NCBI GenBank assembly: GCA_963664705.1
Contig: OY761556.1
Coordinates: 6,560,001-6,624,000 of the forward strand
Reading direction: 5' to 3'
DNA length: 64,000 bases
Origin: Acidobacteriota bacterium
GTDB lineage: Bacteria; Acidobacteriota; UBA6911
Under the pieces are notes generated by a model, which saw only the letters and a program-made list of their open reading frames with translations, was not told where the DNA came from and ran no database searches. This document shows, piece by piece, positions 8,633-20,247 of the stretch; position 1 is the first letter of the stretch; every line of letters starts with the position of its first letter. Both the position numbers and the translations under genes were made by a program.

Positions 8633-11439
8633 GGTGTTCCTCGATTTTCTGCTTTTGGAAGACGCGTGATGAAGCGCGTTCCTTTGCCGGGCTCCGATTT
8701 CACACTGATCTGGCCCCCGTGATTTTCCACTATAATGAAGTAGGAAACGGAAAGCCCCAGACCGGTTCCTTGCCCGGCGGGCTTGGTGGTAAAGAAGGGT
8801 TCGAAAACGCGTTTCCTCACCTCCTCCGGCATCCCGGGGCCATTGTCCTCCACTTCAATGCATACCATTCCTTTGTCATAGGCTGTGCGCAATATAATCC
8901 GGGGACTGGCCCTCATCGCTCCCTGGTCCATGGCTTCATGCATAGCCTGGGCACTGTTGCGGAGCAGGTTGAGCAACACCTGCTGGATCTTTTGCGGCTC
9001 ACATAGAACGGGAGGTACATCGGAGGCATATTGTCGGATGATTTCGATATTTCGAAAATCATAGTTCTTTTTTAAATCATAGTCGGTTCTCGCCAGCTCA
9101 ATCGTCTCATCCAACAGGCTTGAAGCATTGGATGCCGAGCGCGTGGAATCGCTTTTCCTGCTGAAGCTGAGCATGTTTTGCACGATACCGGCCGCGCGCA
9201 ATCCTGAATCCTGAATGGTATGGAGCATTTTCGGAATTCCGCGTGCCTCCGCGTAGGCACGAAGGTTTTCAAGCGACAACCCGCAGGTCTCGGCCGCATT
9301 TTGGTTGGCAGGCAGATCGCCGAGGAGACGATCCTGCAGTACCAGCGCCGTTTGCATCATGCCGCCCAACGGGTTGTTGATCTCGTGGGCCAGACCGGCC
9401 GCCAGCCCGCCCACGGAGAGCATCTTTTCACTTTGCACCATCATTTCCTCCATGCGGACCTTCTCCGTGACATCGTCCAGCCGGATCACGGCTCCTTCCA
9501 CTCCGTTGGCGACGAGGGGGAAAATGGTCAGATCTTCATAGCGCACTTCTCCCTCTTCATGGTAGGGACGTCGCGTAATCTGTTTGGACGTGCGCTCCCG
9601 TATGGCTTTCAAAACCTCTGCTTTTTGATCGGCCAGCCGCGGGAAGACGCTTTCCAGCTGCTGTCCCATGACAGAGTTCGCGGCAAGCCCGGTCTGGCTT
9701 TCGGTGTGCCGATTCCACTGGGTCACATTTCCCTTTTCATCAACGCCAATGAGTACGGAGGGCATGGAGTGAATGATGTTTGCCAGGTAGTTGCGGAGCC
9801 GCTTCAGTTCCTGTTCTTCCTGTTTGCGCGCGGTAATGTCATTCAGAGTCCAGATGGATCCTTCGTCCAGGTTTTTGGTAATGGCTTGACCGGTAATGCT
9901 GCACCAGATGAAAGATCCATCCCTTTTCTTCATGAGAACTTCGGTAGAATAAATGCCTCCGTTTACAAGCTGGCGATATCCCTCCTGCTGCACCCTGGCG
10001 GATTCTTCCTCGTTTGCATAGAAGGAGGACATGTGTTTTCCAAGCAGGTCGTCCGGCGCGTAGCCGAATTGCTGAGCGAAGGCGGGATTGACCCACTGTA
10101 TCTTGCGATCAATCAGGTGGCAAATCCCCATGCTGATGGTGTTGAGAATGGTCCGTTGCTGATTGGCCAGTTGACGGGACTGCTCCATCGCTTGTTTTTG
10201 CTCGGTGATGTCAAAATGAATTCCAACGGTGCGGAGAGGGTTTCCCGAAGAATCGCGGGAAACAAGCCTGCCTCGGTCCAGTATCCAGACCCAGGAGCCG
10301 GACTTGGCGCGGATTCGGTGTTCCACGTTGTAGTATTCCGTTTTGCCGCGCAGATGATCGTTCGCGGCCTGCCTCATTTCCTCGAGATCATCGGGATGCA
10401 TGAGCTCGTTCCAGCCTTGGAGATTGGGTCGAACTTCTCCCGCGCTATACCCGAGGCTCTGCATAAACCTCTCTTCGTCTTTGACCTCCTCTGTCTGATG
10501 ATTCAGGTCCCAGCAGTTCATGCCGGCGGCTTCAAGGGCCAGGTTAAGTCTCTCTCCCGCTTCCCGCGCGGCGGCCTCGGCCCGCTTGCGTTCGGTTGTG
10601 TCCACGCAGGCGAGCTGCACTGCAGGTTTGTTGTTGAAGTCGATGACGGTGACCACTGTTTCCGCCCAGAACTCGGTTCCGTCTTTCCGGATGCCGCGGT
10701 ATTCATACCTGGACGGCACCGGTTTATTTGCCAGGCGGTCGGCGTAACGGTTTTTGAGGGTCTGCCTGTCTTCCGGACTGATGATGGTCCATTCGTTTTC
10801 CTCGGAAGCGGACAAAAGCTCCTCGACGGTGTATCCGGCCATTTCGGCGAAGACTCTGTTGCAAAAGACGAGGCTTCCATCCTGCAAGATAGCCAGTCCC
10901 TGCAAGGAGTTTTCCACCAGCGCCCTGTATTTGGCCTCGGATTTTTTCAGATTTTCGGACTCTGTTTTCTGTGTGGTAATGTCAATGCCGGTTGTCAGCA
11001 TGCAGGGCTGATCATTGACGCCAATTCGGATGGCCGAAAGCAGGATGGGAAATGCCGTTCCGTCCTTCCGGAATGCGGTCAATTCGACATTCGGCATTTT
11101 CTCTTCCTGTGTCAATTGCTGAACCAGCACCGCCGATTCCTGCGATCCGGCCAACAATCCCAGTTCATCCAGGCCATGCCCGACAAGTTCCTCCCGTTCG
11201 AAACCGCTCATCCGGATAAAGGCATCATTCACATCGATGACCTTTTTATCGTTGAGCGAAACAACCGACATGGGATTGGGCGCTGAGTGAAAAAGCACCT
11301 GAAAATGCTCTTTGCCTTCCTGGATCGTTTTTTCCAGTTCATTGCATCTTTCTTTGTATCTTGTCAGCTCTGTTGTGCGGCGAGCATTCTTCGCGTCCCT
11401 TGGCATAGATACGCATCTCCCGGGCAGGCCCACACTCAT
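8629..11439 (-). CDS. Multi-PAS cytoplasmic histidine kinase
   Basis: Five PAS/PAC repeats, H-box [25 protein letters not shown]. Start may be 11406. Confidence 0.95.
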   Translation of the reverse strand: MSVGLPGRCVSMPRDAKNARRTTELTRYKERCNELEKTIQEGKEHFQVLFHSAPNPMSVVSLNDKKVIDVNDAFIRMSGFEREELVGHGLDELGLLAGSQESAVLVQQLTQEEKMPNVELTAFRKDGTAFPILLSAIRIGVNDQPCMLTTGIDITTQKTESENLKKSEAKYRALVENSLQGLAILQDGSLVFCNRVFAEMAGYTVEELLSASEENEWTIISPEDRQTLKNRYADRLANKPVPSRYEYRGIRKDGTEFWAETVVTVIDFNNKPAVQLACVDTTERKRAEAAAREAGERLNLALEAAGMNCWDLNHQTEEVKDEERFMQSLGYSAGEVRPNLQGWNELMHPDDLEEMRQAANDHLRGKTEYYNVEHRIRAKSGSWVWILDRGRLVSRDSSGNPLRTVGIHFDITEQKQAMEQSRQLANQQRTILNTISMGICHLIDRKIQWVNPAFAQQFGYAPDDLLGKHMSSFYANEEESARVQQEGYRQLVNGGIYSTEVLMKKRDGSFIWCSITGQAITKNLDEGSIWTLNDITARKQEEQELKRLRNYLANIIHSMPSVLIGVDEKGNVTQWNRHTESQTGLAANSVMGQQLESVFPRLADQKAEVLKAIRERTSKQITRRPYHEEGEVRYEDLTIFPLVANGVEGAVIRLDDVTEKVRMEEMMVQSEKMLSVGGLAAGLAHEINNPLGGMMQTALVLQDRLLGDLPANQNAAETCGLSLENLRAYAEARGIPKMLHTIQDSGLRAAGIVQNMLSFSRKSDSTRSASNASSLLDETIELARTDYDLKKNYDFRNIEIIRQYASDVPPVLCEPQKIQQVLLNLLRNSAQAMHEAMDQGAMRASPRIILRTAYDKGMVCIEVEDNGPGMPEEVRKRVFEPFFTTKPAGQGTGLGLSVSYFIIVENHGGQISVKSEPGKGTRFITRLPKAENRGTP

Positions 11440-11628
11440 GCATCTGATTTTTTTATGAAGGTATTATGGCTGCTAGCCTACCATATCTTTGTCTTTTTCG
11501 CCACGGGACGGGAAGGAGTCTGGGATGGGATGCAAATAGAGCGTATAAGCGGATTCTGGCCCTGCGGGCGCCGGCTTGCCTGACATCGCATTCACGAAAT
11601 CAAACAAGCCGGCAATTCCGGCAAATTC

Positions 11629-13836
11629 CTAAAAATCGCTAAGGATGGCTTGTTCTGCATTTTTGCCGATGCCATTCCATGGGTTGGGATGGAGTTCCGG
11701 CTTTGCGTGGCTGCGCGCACGTTGTCGTCCTGGCTGAAGGGAGGACTGAGCTGAGCCGGTGCGTTGGAATTCCGCAACCATACTCTTCATTTCTTCCGCT
11801 TGGCCCGACAGTTCCTCGGCTGCACTTGCCGACTCCTCGGCATTCGCGGCCACCTGTTGCGTTACCTGGTTCATCTGCTCAACCGCGGTGTTGACCTGCT
11901 CCACTCCCAGGCTTTGTTGTTCCGATGCGGCGGCAATTTCAGCCATGACCGCGCTGACGGAGTTTACCTGCGAGTTGATTTCGTTCAGGTTCCTCAGGAC
12001 TTCCTGGTTGATCGAGACGCCCCATTCGGCGTTCTTTACCGATTCCTCAATCATGTTTGCCGTGTTCTTGGCTGCCTCGGCGCTACGCATGGCGAGGTTG
12101 CGGACTTCCTCTGCGACGACCGCGAACCCTTTGCCGGCATCACCCGCCCGTGCCGCTTCCACGGCTGCGTTCAACGCGAGCAGATTGGTTTGAAATGCAA
12201 TCTCATCGATGGTCTTCACTATCTTTGCGGTGGAATCGGAGGATGCTTTGATCCGGTCAATGGCATCGGACAGCCGTTTCATGCTTTCGACGCCTTTGTC
12301 CGTGGTAGATCGTGTGCCATCCGAGAGTCCGCGTGCCTCTCTTGCATTTTCTGCATTGCGTTTCGTCATCGACGCCATTTCCTGCAGGCTGCTCGATACC
12401 TCCTCGAGCGAACTGGCCTGTTCGGAGGAGCTTTGCGACAGGGTCTGGCTGCCTGATGAAATCTGGCTGGAAGCGGAAGCCACCTGGTCCGCTGCCAGAG
12501 CGACTTGTGTGAGCGCTTCGTCGAGGTTTCCGATAAGAACATTGATGTTTGACTTCATTGTCTCGAAGACGCCCTTGTAGTTGCGGTGGACGCGAGCGGT
12601 CATGTCCTTGTTTGCCGCGGCAAGCAGCGCCGCGCCGCCATCCTCTTCAATGAGGGACCTCAGCGTCTCGATACAGAGGTTCAGGCTGCTTTTGATGTTA
12701 TTGAAATCGCCGTTGTAGGTTTCGGTGATTGCCGGCGGGATGTCGCCTTTGCTGATGCGGTCGATATAGTTGGAAGCCATCTGCAGGGGGCCGACAACGG
12801 CATCCAGCGTTGCGTTGAATCCGGAAACCATGCGCCGATACCCGCCTTCGAACTGATCGGCTTTGCCGCGGTTGGCAAGATTGCCGGCCTGGGCGCTCTT
12901 GATCATGCCATTGATTTCATCCGTTACTTTGCGCAGATTGGCCATGGCCGCTTCGAATGAACCGATCGTTGATTGTGTCCGGTCGATGATCCCGTTCATG
13001 CTTCGTGCCAGTTCCCCTACTTCGTCCGAGCTGTCTATCTGCAGAGGTTCAATACTGGACACCATTTCAACGTCGAGATTCCCATGGGCCATCGCTTCGC
13101 TAGCCTTGCCGAGCTCGGCGATACAGGTGCTCTGCAATTGCTCCGCCCGTGCGGCAACCTGCTTTATGGGGTTTGCAATCACGCGCGCAATCCACAGCCC
13201 AAGTCCGATCGCCACGCCCATGCCGATGACGAGGATTATCAGAGCCTGTTGCGTGCCGTGTTCGGCGGTTGCGATGTTTTGATCCGAGGTCGATTTGGCT
13301 TCGTCCGTGTTCATCTGGACCATCTTGTCCACGGCGCTCACCGCCACATTCGCCGTAACCAGGAAAGGACCTTTCATGTAGGCCAGCGCTTCCACACGCC
13401 TGCTGTTATTCAGCATGTCGGCGAATACTCCGAACTGTTCACCATATCGCTTGATGCTTTCCAACAGTGTCGTGCAATTCTCTTTGTCTTCCTTTGAGGT
13501 TGTGCCGGATGCATACTCCTTCAGCATCGCCTCAATTTCCGCGATGGTTTCGTGAACCTTTGCATACTGCTTTTCCCGTTCTTCCTTTGTTTCGGCGAGC
13601 AGCGAATCCCTGACCATGACGCGCAATTTCTGGAGATTCTTGGCCGTTTGTGCCGCTTTGCCGAGTGGGATCACATTATCCCTGTACATGGCGGTATCGG
13701 CGTTCTTCAGCGCGGTCAGTTCCGTGATGCCCATGTAGCCGACGATTCCTGCAACAAGCGCCATCAGAAGCGAAAAGCAAATCAGCTTCGAGGCGATTTT
13801 CATGTTATAGAACCACTTCATAAAGATCTCCTTCAA
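11629..13836 (-). CDS. Methyl-accepting chemotaxis protein (4HB sensor, poly-HAMP)
   Basis: [37 protein letters not shown] signalling hairpin, two TMs, C-terminal ILSDF tether-like peptide. Confidence 0.97.
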   Translation of the reverse strand: MKEIFMKWFYNMKIASKLICFSLLMALVAGIVGYMGITELTALKNADTAMYRDNVIPLGKAAQTAKNLQKLRVMVRDSLLAETKEEREKQYAKVHETIAEIEAMLKEYASGTTSKEDKENCTTLLESIKRYGEQFGVFADMLNNSRRVEALAYMKGPFLVTANVAVSAVDKMVQMNTDEAKSTSDQNIATAEHGTQQALIILVIGMGVAIGLGLWIARVIANPIKQVAARAEQLQSTCIAELGKASEAMAHGNLDVEMVSSIEPLQIDSSDEVGELARSMNGIIDRTQSTIGSFEAAMANLRKVTDEINGMIKSAQAGNLANRGKADQFEGGYRRMVSGFNATLDAVVGPLQMASNYIDRISKGDIPPAITETYNGDFNNIKSSLNLCIETLRSLIEEDGGAALLAAANKDMTARVHRNYKGVFETMKSNINVLIGNLDEALTQVALAADQVASASSQISSGSQTLSQSSSEQASSLEEVSSSLQEMASMTKRNAENAREARGLSDGTRSTTDKGVESMKRLSDAIDRIKASSDSTAKIVKTIDEIAFQTNLLALNAAVEAARAGDAGKGFAVVAEEVRNLAMRSAEAAKNTANMIEESVKNAEWGVSINQEVLRNLNEINSQVNSVSAVMAEIAAASEQQSLGVEQVNTAVEQMNQVTQQVAANAEESASAAEELSGQAEEMKSMVAEFQRTGSAQSSLQPGRQRARSHAKPELHPNPWNGIGKNAEQAILSDF

Positions 13837-13850
13837 TCCACTCCAAGGCT

Positions 13851-14390
13851 TTAATTGATGACTGCGTCTCCGGATGCCGGTGAGGTATTGCCGACTCCGG
13901 CCGATAATACGCGATCAATATCCAAAAGAATTTTGACCTTGCCTTGCGACTTGCCTATTCCGAGGATGTAGTCCGTGCATGCATTTGCGGCAAACGACGG
14001 GGCATCCTCGATGCTGTCGCCCGGTATATTTGAAACTTCCGATACGCGGTCCACGACAATTCCAATGTCGACTCCCTCCACATGCACTACGATGATGCAG
14101 GTTTCAGCGGTGGTGTCCTGCGCAGGCATGCCGAACCGCCGCCGGAGATCTACAATTGGGATTACTTTGCCGCGCAGATTGATAACTCCGCGGATAAACT
14201 CCGGAGTTCTGGGTACACTGGTGATTCCCATCATTCCGATAATCTCGTGCACCTTCAAAATCGCAATTCCATATTCCTCGTCCGCCAGGAAAAAGGTCAG
14301 GAACTTGCCGCCCCTGGTGCCGGCGTTGGGATTCCCGTCTGCATGACTTTGATGTGTCGAAATATCGGATGTGGTTGATAGCGTGGGCAT
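13851..14390 (-). CDS. cheW: Chemotaxis coupling protein CheW
   Basis: [38 protein letters not shown]. Confidence 0.95.
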   Translation of the reverse strand: MPTLSTTSDISTHQSHADGNPNAGTRGGKFLTFFLADEEYGIAILKVHEIIGMMGITSVPRTPEFIRGVINLRGKVIPIVDLRRRFGMPAQDTTAETCIIVVHVEGVDIGIVVDRVSEVSNIPGDSIEDAPSFAANACTDYILGIGKSQGKVKILLDIDRVLSAGVGNTSPASGDAVIN

Positions 14391-14552
14391 TTGTCTACTC
14401 CTGGTAACACTTCCTTCAAGACAGCCAAAGCGGGGCGTTCGGCTTAGGAATGGGTCCTGGAGTCATTGGGTGACCTTCGGTTTTCCGGTCTCCGAAGCTC
14501 CTTGAATCCACTGCCGTAATTCAATACCCGCCAGGGAGATACAAAAGATGCT

Positions 14553-14579
14553 TTATCGATAATCTCGCGAGCGTCTGTA
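14553..14579 (-). promoter_or_regulatory. Putative sigma28 (FliA) promoter for cheW-mcp
   Basis: Minus strand TACA-N15-ATCGATAA against consensus TAAA-N15-GCCGATAA, about 160 nt upstream of cheW. Confidence 0.5.
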
Positions 14580-14719
14580 TAGGGAATTTGCCACCTGCGG
14601 CGGAGTTGCGACGAACCTTCAACCTGGTGTCTTTGTTGGGTTTCGGGGCCGGATGGCCGGAAATGGGCTATGTTGGCAGAATGCTGATAAACTGTTGGTA
14701 TTTCAATAAATACGTCGTG

Positions 14720-15379
14720 CTAGGTCTCTTCCGAAATGACCTGAACCTTTCGCGTCAGTTCCACAAGGCTTTGGCATTGCATCTTTCGCAGGATGCTGGC
14801 GCGATGGATATCCAGTGTTTTCCGACTGATGTTGAGCTCGGCGGCAATGGATTTGTTGTTTAGCTTGCCGGTGGTCAGTTTTTCCATGACCTCACGCTCT
14901 CTTGGGGTCAGGAGTGATAGCAGCGCGAGAATCTCCTGACGCCGGTCGTTTTTCTGCCTTGTCGTTGCGTCGAGCGCTATGGCCTGTCCAATCCGATCCA
15001 GAAGGCATTGATTGTCGAAGGGTTTCTCGAGAAAGTCCATGACGCCGGCTCGGACCGCACGCATTGCCAGCGGGACGTCACCGTAACCGGTGATAATAAT
15101 GATGGGAGTTGGGATTTCCCGTGATGCCAGGTATTCCTGCAGCTCGAGTCCTCCCATGCCCGGCATTCGGATGTCGGAAATAATGCATCCCGGGCGAACC
15201 GGGTCAAAGGAATGAAGAAAATCCGTGGCTGATGCAAAAGCCTCAACCATGTGCCCGGCGTTTTTTAGCAATAACACCAGGTATTCGCGCATCAAAGGAT
15301 CATCATCGATAAGGAAAACCGTGGGTTTTTGAGCCTCATCCGCTACCTTGTCTGGCGCAGTTGCGCTTTCTTGCACCAT
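14720..15379 (-). CDS. FixJ-like response regulator (REC + LuxR HTH)
   Basis: VFLIDDD..GCIISDIRMPGMGG..LTPREREV..IHRASILRKM. Start at 15379 chosen; the ORF extends to 15421. Confidence 0.93.
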   Translation of the reverse strand: MVQESATAPDKVADEAQKPTVFLIDDDPLMREYLVLLLKNAGHMVEAFASATDFLHSFDPVRPGCIISDIRMPGMGGLELQEYLASREIPTPIIIITGYGDVPLAMRAVRAGVMDFLEKPFDNQCLLDRIGQAIALDATTRQKNDRRQEILALLSLLTPREREVMEKLTTGKLNNKSIAAELNISRKTLDIHRASILRKMQCQSLVELTRKVQVISEET

Positions 15380-15675
15380 GGGGAACCTCCCAAATCCTGT
15401 CTGGTTTTGGATCTGCGGCACTCACAAACTTGTTTGCCTGGTTCCATTTCCATCAAGCGTGCGCGCAGCACGGGTCGATCCGGAGGTTGCACTAAATTTG
15501 TACGGGTACGTTCCAGGGTGACCATAATTAAGGTCCCGGTTGCGCAAGCTTTTGCGCATATTATTTATCTTTTCCGGGCAATAAGCAAAAGGTAATCGAA
15601 GCATTGCCGTGGACCGCTATGGCAGCGGCTATGTTCTTGCTCTTTGCCTGCGAGCGGCCAATTCCCGACGTTTTT

Positions 15676-15771
15676 CTTTCGCCCCTGCCCGGGGCTTGTT
15701 TATTCTGCAATCGAGAACCAGGTATTCGCTACGCTCACCCATGGCTATTCGCTATCGGGCCTCCGGCCCTT
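15676..15771 (-). repeat. Family A REP/MITE-like element, inverted copy
   Basis: Reverse complement contains agggccggaggccc..ccatgggtgagcgtagcgaatacctgg..agcccc..caggggcgaaag. Confidence 0.7.
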
Positions 15772-15844
15772 GCCACCCACTCCGAAACCTGAATTGGACC
15801 ACATATTTGGGATTGAACCACGACTGGATCCGCTATTTATCAGC
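15747..15844. repeat. 98-bp dispersed direct repeat, copy 2
   Basis: About 80% identical, ungapped, to 6151-6248. Confidence 0.8.
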
Positions 15845-15899
15845 ATTCCAGGAATTAGCACGCTGGTATTTCCCCGCAATCGGTCGGTCAACATAAGCA

Positions 15900-15988
15900 A
15901 AGCGCCGAAGTTTAAGCCGGCCAGGGGTGAGCGGAGCGAACCCCTGGGCCTAGGATCAGGAATAATGGAGCCCCAGCAGGGGCGAAAG
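15900..15988 (+). repeat. Family A REP/MITE-like element
   Basis: ccaggggtgagcggagcgaacccctggg..agccccagcaggggcgaaag. Confidence 0.7.
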
Positions 15989-16096
15989 AAGGGCAATTGC
16001 AAAAAAGTAAATGGCATTCAGCGGGACGCCGGCGCTTCAGGTGGGTCCCATTGTCATTCCAAGCGTAGGCCGGCGTATCCAGCAAGGTGGGGATGT

Positions 16097-16132
16097 GCGG
16101 GAGGCGGGGCCAATATTGGCTCCGCCTCCCGC
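16097..16132 (-). terminator. GC-rich hairpin downstream of the beta-propeller genes
   Basis: gcgggaggcggggccaat/attggctccgcctcccgc near-perfect inverted repeat; no clear U-tract. Confidence 0.5.
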
Positions 16133-16156
16133 CGGAGATAGATCGGGCGAGGCGGA

Positions 16157-17446
16157 CTACTTGGCTTGCGCGCCAACCACAATACACTTCAGACTTTTGT
16201 GGTCTCTGATCAGAAGCTTGCCGTCGGCAAGCGCGATCGGTGCCCAGTTTTCGCCTGCTTCGAGCAGCTCAGCACTGGCCAGCGGCTTGAAGCCCGATGG
16301 ATCCGGATCGACAAGATAGAGCATCTTGTTGCCGTCAACGGCAAGCAGCATTCCGTCGGCGAGGATTACGCCGCCTTTATTGAAGGCGGGCGCGTCGCCC
16401 GTTTTCCACTTTATTTTGCCGTCCATTCCCATGCACACCAAGCCATCGCTTCGTTCGTTGATGGTGTAGGGGCCATAGAAATTGTCTTTATACAGAATCG
16501 GCGGTTGCGTGTGAGCTCCGAAGTCGACCGTCTTGAACAGCTCCGCTACGTTGTAGCTGCCGTCCTGCTTCTTCTCAATCTTTATCATGGCGGCTCCCGC
16601 GCTGTATCCGCCGGTGATCAGCATCCGTCCTTCGCCCGCATCCACCGCGTGTGGAACCGGAATGGCGCATTGCCAGTTGCCATAGGTCCACAGGACTTTT
16701 CCGCTGAGAGGATCGAGGCCATTCACGCTGCCGCCGCTGGTATTACGGCCAAACCCCGTTCCTGCCATGATCATCACCAGGTGGTCTTCCCGACCGACTT
16801 TTACGATCGATGGGCTGACATACCCGGCAGCGCCGGACAAAACAGGGGATTTCCATTTCAGTTCGCCGTTCAGTTTGTCATAGGCGACCACCGTGGTCTG
16901 CGGAGTCTGCGGAGCTACAATCAGCAGATTGCCATACACCAACGGATTCTGGGTTATTGCCCACCGGGGCAGCTGAGCGCCGCCGAAGTCTTTCCAGATA
17001 TTTTTATTCCAGACGGGATTGTGCGTGGTTGCGTTGATGCAATAGAGATCGCCCTGCTGCCCGCAGGTATAGATGTTGTTGCCGTCCACGGCAGGCGTGC
17101 TTCTGGAGCCCGCATGGTCGACTTTTCCCGGAGCATTATAGGCAAAATTCCAGAGTTCCTTGCCGCTGGAGAGCTCGAAGACCCGTAGATTGTCTCCGAC
17201 CTTGTCGTCCCGGTCGAGCAGGTACACCTTGCCGGCACTGACGGCGGGGCCGCCGTAGCCAATTCCCACAGGGGCTGTCCAGAGGGTTTTGGGGCCTTCT
17301 TTGGGCCAGCTTCGCAGCAATCCCTTTTCCGTGGAGGTGCTGTCTCTTTTGGGCCCAAAGTATCCCGGCCAATCCGCGGCAAAAGCGCAAGCCACGGATA
17401 ATCCGATGAGTATGGTTATGAGTCTTATTTTAGCTTTCATACGCAT
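16157..17446 (-). CDS. Secreted PQQ-like beta-propeller protein (BamB-like repeat family)
   Basis: Signal peptide AFA/ADWPGYFGP; repeated G..LW tryptophan-docking motifs. Confidence 0.85.
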   Translation of the reverse strand: MRMKAKIRLITILIGLSVACAFAADWPGYFGPKRDSTSTEKGLLRSWPKEGPKTLWTAPVGIGYGGPAVSAGKVYLLDRDDKVGDNLRVFELSSGKELWNFAYNAPGKVDHAGSRSTPAVDGNNIYTCGQQGDLYCINATTHNPVWNKNIWKDFGGAQLPRWAITQNPLVYGNLLIVAPQTPQTTVVAYDKLNGELKWKSPVLSGAAGYVSPSIVKVGREDHLVMIMAGTGFGRNTSGGSVNGLDPLSGKVLWTYGNWQCAIPVPHAVDAGEGRMLITGGYSAGAAMIKIEKKQDGSYNVAELFKTVDFGAHTQPPILYKDNFYGPYTINERSDGLVCMGMDGKIKWKTGDAPAFNKGGVILADGMLLAVDGNKMLYLVDPDPSGFKPLASAELLEAGENWAPIALADGKLLIRDHKSLKCIVVGAQAK

Positions 17447-17521
17447 AGCTCCTTTTTGGTGAAGCAGGATTTTATCAGTATTCGCAAAACTTTGCTCGGG
17501 ATTGCGGGGCCCCGGATACCG

Positions 17522-18946
17522 CTATTTTTCAGATCCGGCCGTACCTGCCCCGATAGCGTAAAGATCGGTAGGGGTCATGATATACAGGACCCCGTTGGCC
17601 GGGACCGGCGTGCTATAGACAGAGTTCCCCATATCGATCTCAGCGATTTTTTTCATTTCTGTTCCTGCTTTCATGATGGCAACATCTCCGTCCTGATCGC
17701 CGAGATAGACCTTCCCATCCGCCACCAGCGGTGAACCCCAAACGGGGGCCATCATGTCATAGGTCCAGTAGGCAGCCCCGGTTTTGACATCCAGGCAGTG
17801 CAGGATCCCCTTGAGATCGGAGATGAAAACCAGTCCGTCGGAGACCGCAGCAGTCGAAATGGATCGGTTGATTTTGTCGTATTGCCAGACTCTGCCTGAC
17901 TCCGTAATGTCGCCCCGCTGAGTCGGATTAATGCAATAAGTGTGTCCGACTCCGTTGCCGCTGTCCGGATCCTGCCCCACGCTCATGAACACCTGGTTGC
18001 CGCTGAATGCCGGTGTGGAGATGCCGTAATTGCGGGTCTTGGGCCAGGCTGCGGTTTTAGGATTCAGATCGAATTTCCAGAGATGCTCTCCCGTGCGCGC
18101 ATTGAATCCATAGACCCAGCCATCTCCGCCGGCAAAAACGGCCTGCATCATTCCATCAACCATGCCAAGCGATGGAGAAGACCACTGACCCCGCAGGATG
18201 TTTCCGCCCGGGGAATTGTCCTGCCATACGACCTTCCCGGTGTTTTTGTTGATGGCGATGAAGCTGGGAGCCTTTGGCGCGGGGATTTTCTCGTCGCTTG
18301 CGCCGTTGGAGGTTTCAATAAATACCAGGTCTTCCCAGATAACGGGGGATGAGTTGGCCATATTGCGCGGATATACGCCCAATTCCTTCATCATATCCAG
18401 CTTCCAGATGATGTCGGCATCGGTTGGCCCTTTGCGCGTTTCATCCTGGAAAGGCCCATCGTTTTTTCCATCCAGGAATCCTTCCGTATCGAGACAGACA
18501 AGCTCCGCGCGGTTGTTGACGTAGTAAAGCCGTTTTCCTTCCACGAAGGGAGAAGAGCAGACGCCCTGTTCCGGGAAGTCGTTATCCGATCCCGAGTCAA
18601 GCTTGTCGGAAACGGCTTGCCAGAGAAACTTGCCGTCGGACTCGCGGAAGCACATGAGCACTCCCTTGTCTCCATCGATCTCAGGATTTCTGGGATTGGC
18701 ATTGTTGGTGCCCAGGTAGATCTTGCCGTCGGCTATCACGGGATTTCCATAGGAAGTGGAACCGATCTGCGCCTTCCACTTGATGTTCTTTCCGGTTTTG
18801 ACGTCCCAGGATTCCGGGAGGTTCTTCATGGCGGAAACCATATTCCGCTGGGCGGTCCCGCCCCACATCGGCCAGTCTTGAGAAACCAGCGGGAAGGCGG
18901 CCATGCCGCAGAACGCGAGACTGAGAAGCTTGCTGCTGATGCGCAT
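17522..18946 (-). CDS. Secreted PQQ-like beta-propeller protein
   Basis: Signal peptide then QDWPMWGG; SSP.V.DG.VY repeats; G...W motifs. Confidence 0.85.
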   Translation of the reverse strand: MRISSKLLSLAFCGMAAFPLVSQDWPMWGGTAQRNMVSAMKNLPESWDVKTGKNIKWKAQIGSTSYGNPVIADGKIYLGTNNANPRNPEIDGDKGVLMCFRESDGKFLWQAVSDKLDSGSDNDFPEQGVCSSPFVEGKRLYYVNNRAELVCLDTEGFLDGKNDGPFQDETRKGPTDADIIWKLDMMKELGVYPRNMANSSPVIWEDLVFIETSNGASDEKIPAPKAPSFIAINKNTGKVVWQDNSPGGNILRGQWSSPSLGMVDGMMQAVFAGGDGWVYGFNARTGEHLWKFDLNPKTAAWPKTRNYGISTPAFSGNQVFMSVGQDPDSGNGVGHTYCINPTQRGDITESGRVWQYDKINRSISTAAVSDGLVFISDLKGILHCLDVKTGAAYWTYDMMAPVWGSPLVADGKVYLGDQDGDVAIMKAGTEMKKIAEIDMGNSVYSTPVPANGVLYIMTPTDLYAIGAGTAGSEK

Positions 18947-19003
18947 ACACCGGCTCCGTATTCAACCCGTCAGGGCATGTATTGATATGCAGTAAAATCT
19001 ACG

Positions 19004-19038
19004 AATGGCGCGAAATCTTGTTTCCATTTCGCGCCATT
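19004..19038. terminator. Hairpin downstream of the alcohol dehydrogenase gene
   Basis: aatggcgcgaaat / atttcgcgccatt perfect 13-bp inverted repeat. Confidence 0.55.
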
Positions 19039-19066
19039 TCGAGGGATTCCGGCTATTTTTTCCGAT

Positions 19067-20149
19067 TTATCGCAAGGATGCCATGTCGATGACAAACCGG
19101 TACTTTACATCGCTTTTCAACAGGCGTTCATAAGCCTCATTGATCTGCTGGATTTTGATCAGCTCGATGTCGGCTGTAATGCCCCTTTCGCCGCAAAAAT
19201 CGAGCATTTCCTGGGTTTCTCGAATGCCGCCGATGGTAGATCCCGCCAGGTGCCTGCGTTTCATAATAAGATTGAAAGCGGCCACGCCAGACGGCTTTGG
19301 CGGAGCTCCGACCAGGGTCATGGTGCCGTTCAGCTTCAATAATTGAAGATACGCATTCAGGTCGTGGTCGGCGGCGACCGTGTCCAGGATAAAGTCAAAA
19401 CTGCCGGCCTGCTTTTGCATTGCGCTGCCGTCTTTCGACAGGATGACTTCATCGGCGCCAAGCCGGGCTGCATCGGCGGTTTTATGTTGTGAAGTGGTGA
19501 ACAAAGCTACGTGGGCGCCAAAGGCCTTGGCCAATTTGAGCCCCATGTGTCCCAATCCGCCCAACCCGACGATTCCGACCCTTTTCCCTTTGCCCACATT
19601 CCAGTGGCGCAGCGGAGAGTATGTTGTGATGCCCGCGCAGAGAAGCGGCGCGGCGCCTGCAGGATCGAGCGCTTTGGGAACACGCAAGACAAACGCCTGA
19701 TCGACGACAATGCTGTCCGAATATCCGCCATAGGTAATGCCGCCGAGGATGCTGTCCGGACCCTCATAGGTCAGGGTCATGCCGTTTTCGCAATACTGTT
19801 CCTCTCCGGCGAGGCAACTGGAGCATTTGCGGCAGGAGTCCACCATGCACCCGACCGCAGCGACATCTCCTTCCTTGAACTTCTTCACCGCGCTGCCCAC
19901 CTTTACCACTCTTCCCACAATTTCGTGCCCGGGGACACAGGGATAGACCGTTGGCATGAAGGCGCTCCATTCATTCCGTACAGTGTGCAGATCCGAATGG
20001 CAGACACCGCAATACAGAATCTCAATCTGGATGTCCTCCGGCCGGGGCGCGCGCCGTTGCAGTGTGTAGGGTCCGAGTCCCGCCGTTGCGCTCGGAGCGG
20101 CAAATGCTTTCGAGGGGAAGGTATTTGCGTTTACATCTGTTTTTGTCAT
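19067..20149 (-). CDS. Zn-dependent NAD(P)H alcohol dehydrogenase (cinnamyl-ADH/YahK type)
   Basis: CGVCHSD, GHEIVG, CxxCxxC..C, GLGGLG, DVKYRFVID. Confidence 0.95.
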   Translation of the reverse strand: MTKTDVNANTFPSKAFAAPSATAGLGPYTLQRRAPRPEDIQIEILYCGVCHSDLHTVRNEWSAFMPTVYPCVPGHEIVGRVVKVGSAVKKFKEGDVAAVGCMVDSCRKCSSCLAGEEQYCENGMTLTYEGPDSILGGITYGGYSDSIVVDQAFVLRVPKALDPAGAAPLLCAGITTYSPLRHWNVGKGKRVGIVGLGGLGHMGLKLAKAFGAHVALFTTSQHKTADAARLGADEVILSKDGSAMQKQAGSFDFILDTVAADHDLNAYLQLLKLNGTMTLVGAPPKPSGVAAFNLIMKRRHLAGSTIGGIRETQEMLDFCGERGITADIELIKIQQINEAYERLLKSDVKYRFVIDMASLR

Positions 20150-20199
20150 TTTCTTCTCCAATCGTACAATTCAGTATACCGACCGAAAATGATTTCAAG

Positions 20200-20246
20200 G
20201 AATCTGAAATTTGAAATCTGAAATCTGAAATCTGGAATCCGGAATC
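20200..20246. repeat. Heptamer tandem repeat (RAATYYG)n
   Basis: gaatctg aaatttg aaatctg aaatctg aaatctg gaatccg gaatc, next to the stop codon of the adjacent kinase. Confidence 0.85.
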
Positions 20247-20247
20247 A

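Noticed and set aside
9220-11286. 688-aa plus-strand ORF
   Set aside because: Antisense shadow of the multi-PAS kinase; no recognisable motifs.
14395-14550. Possible c-di-GMP riboswitch in the cheW leader
   Set aside because: Some hairpins are present, but the GEMM consensus elements could not be matched by eye. An Infernal/Rfam scan would settle it.
15604-16141. Short ORFs in the FixJ-like to beta-propeller intergenic region
   Set aside because: They are translations of REP-like repeats (e.g. ARGERSEPL also appears at ~6030).
20200-20246. Tandem repeats as a possible CRISPR array
   Set aside because: 7-bp units with no spacers and no cas genes.
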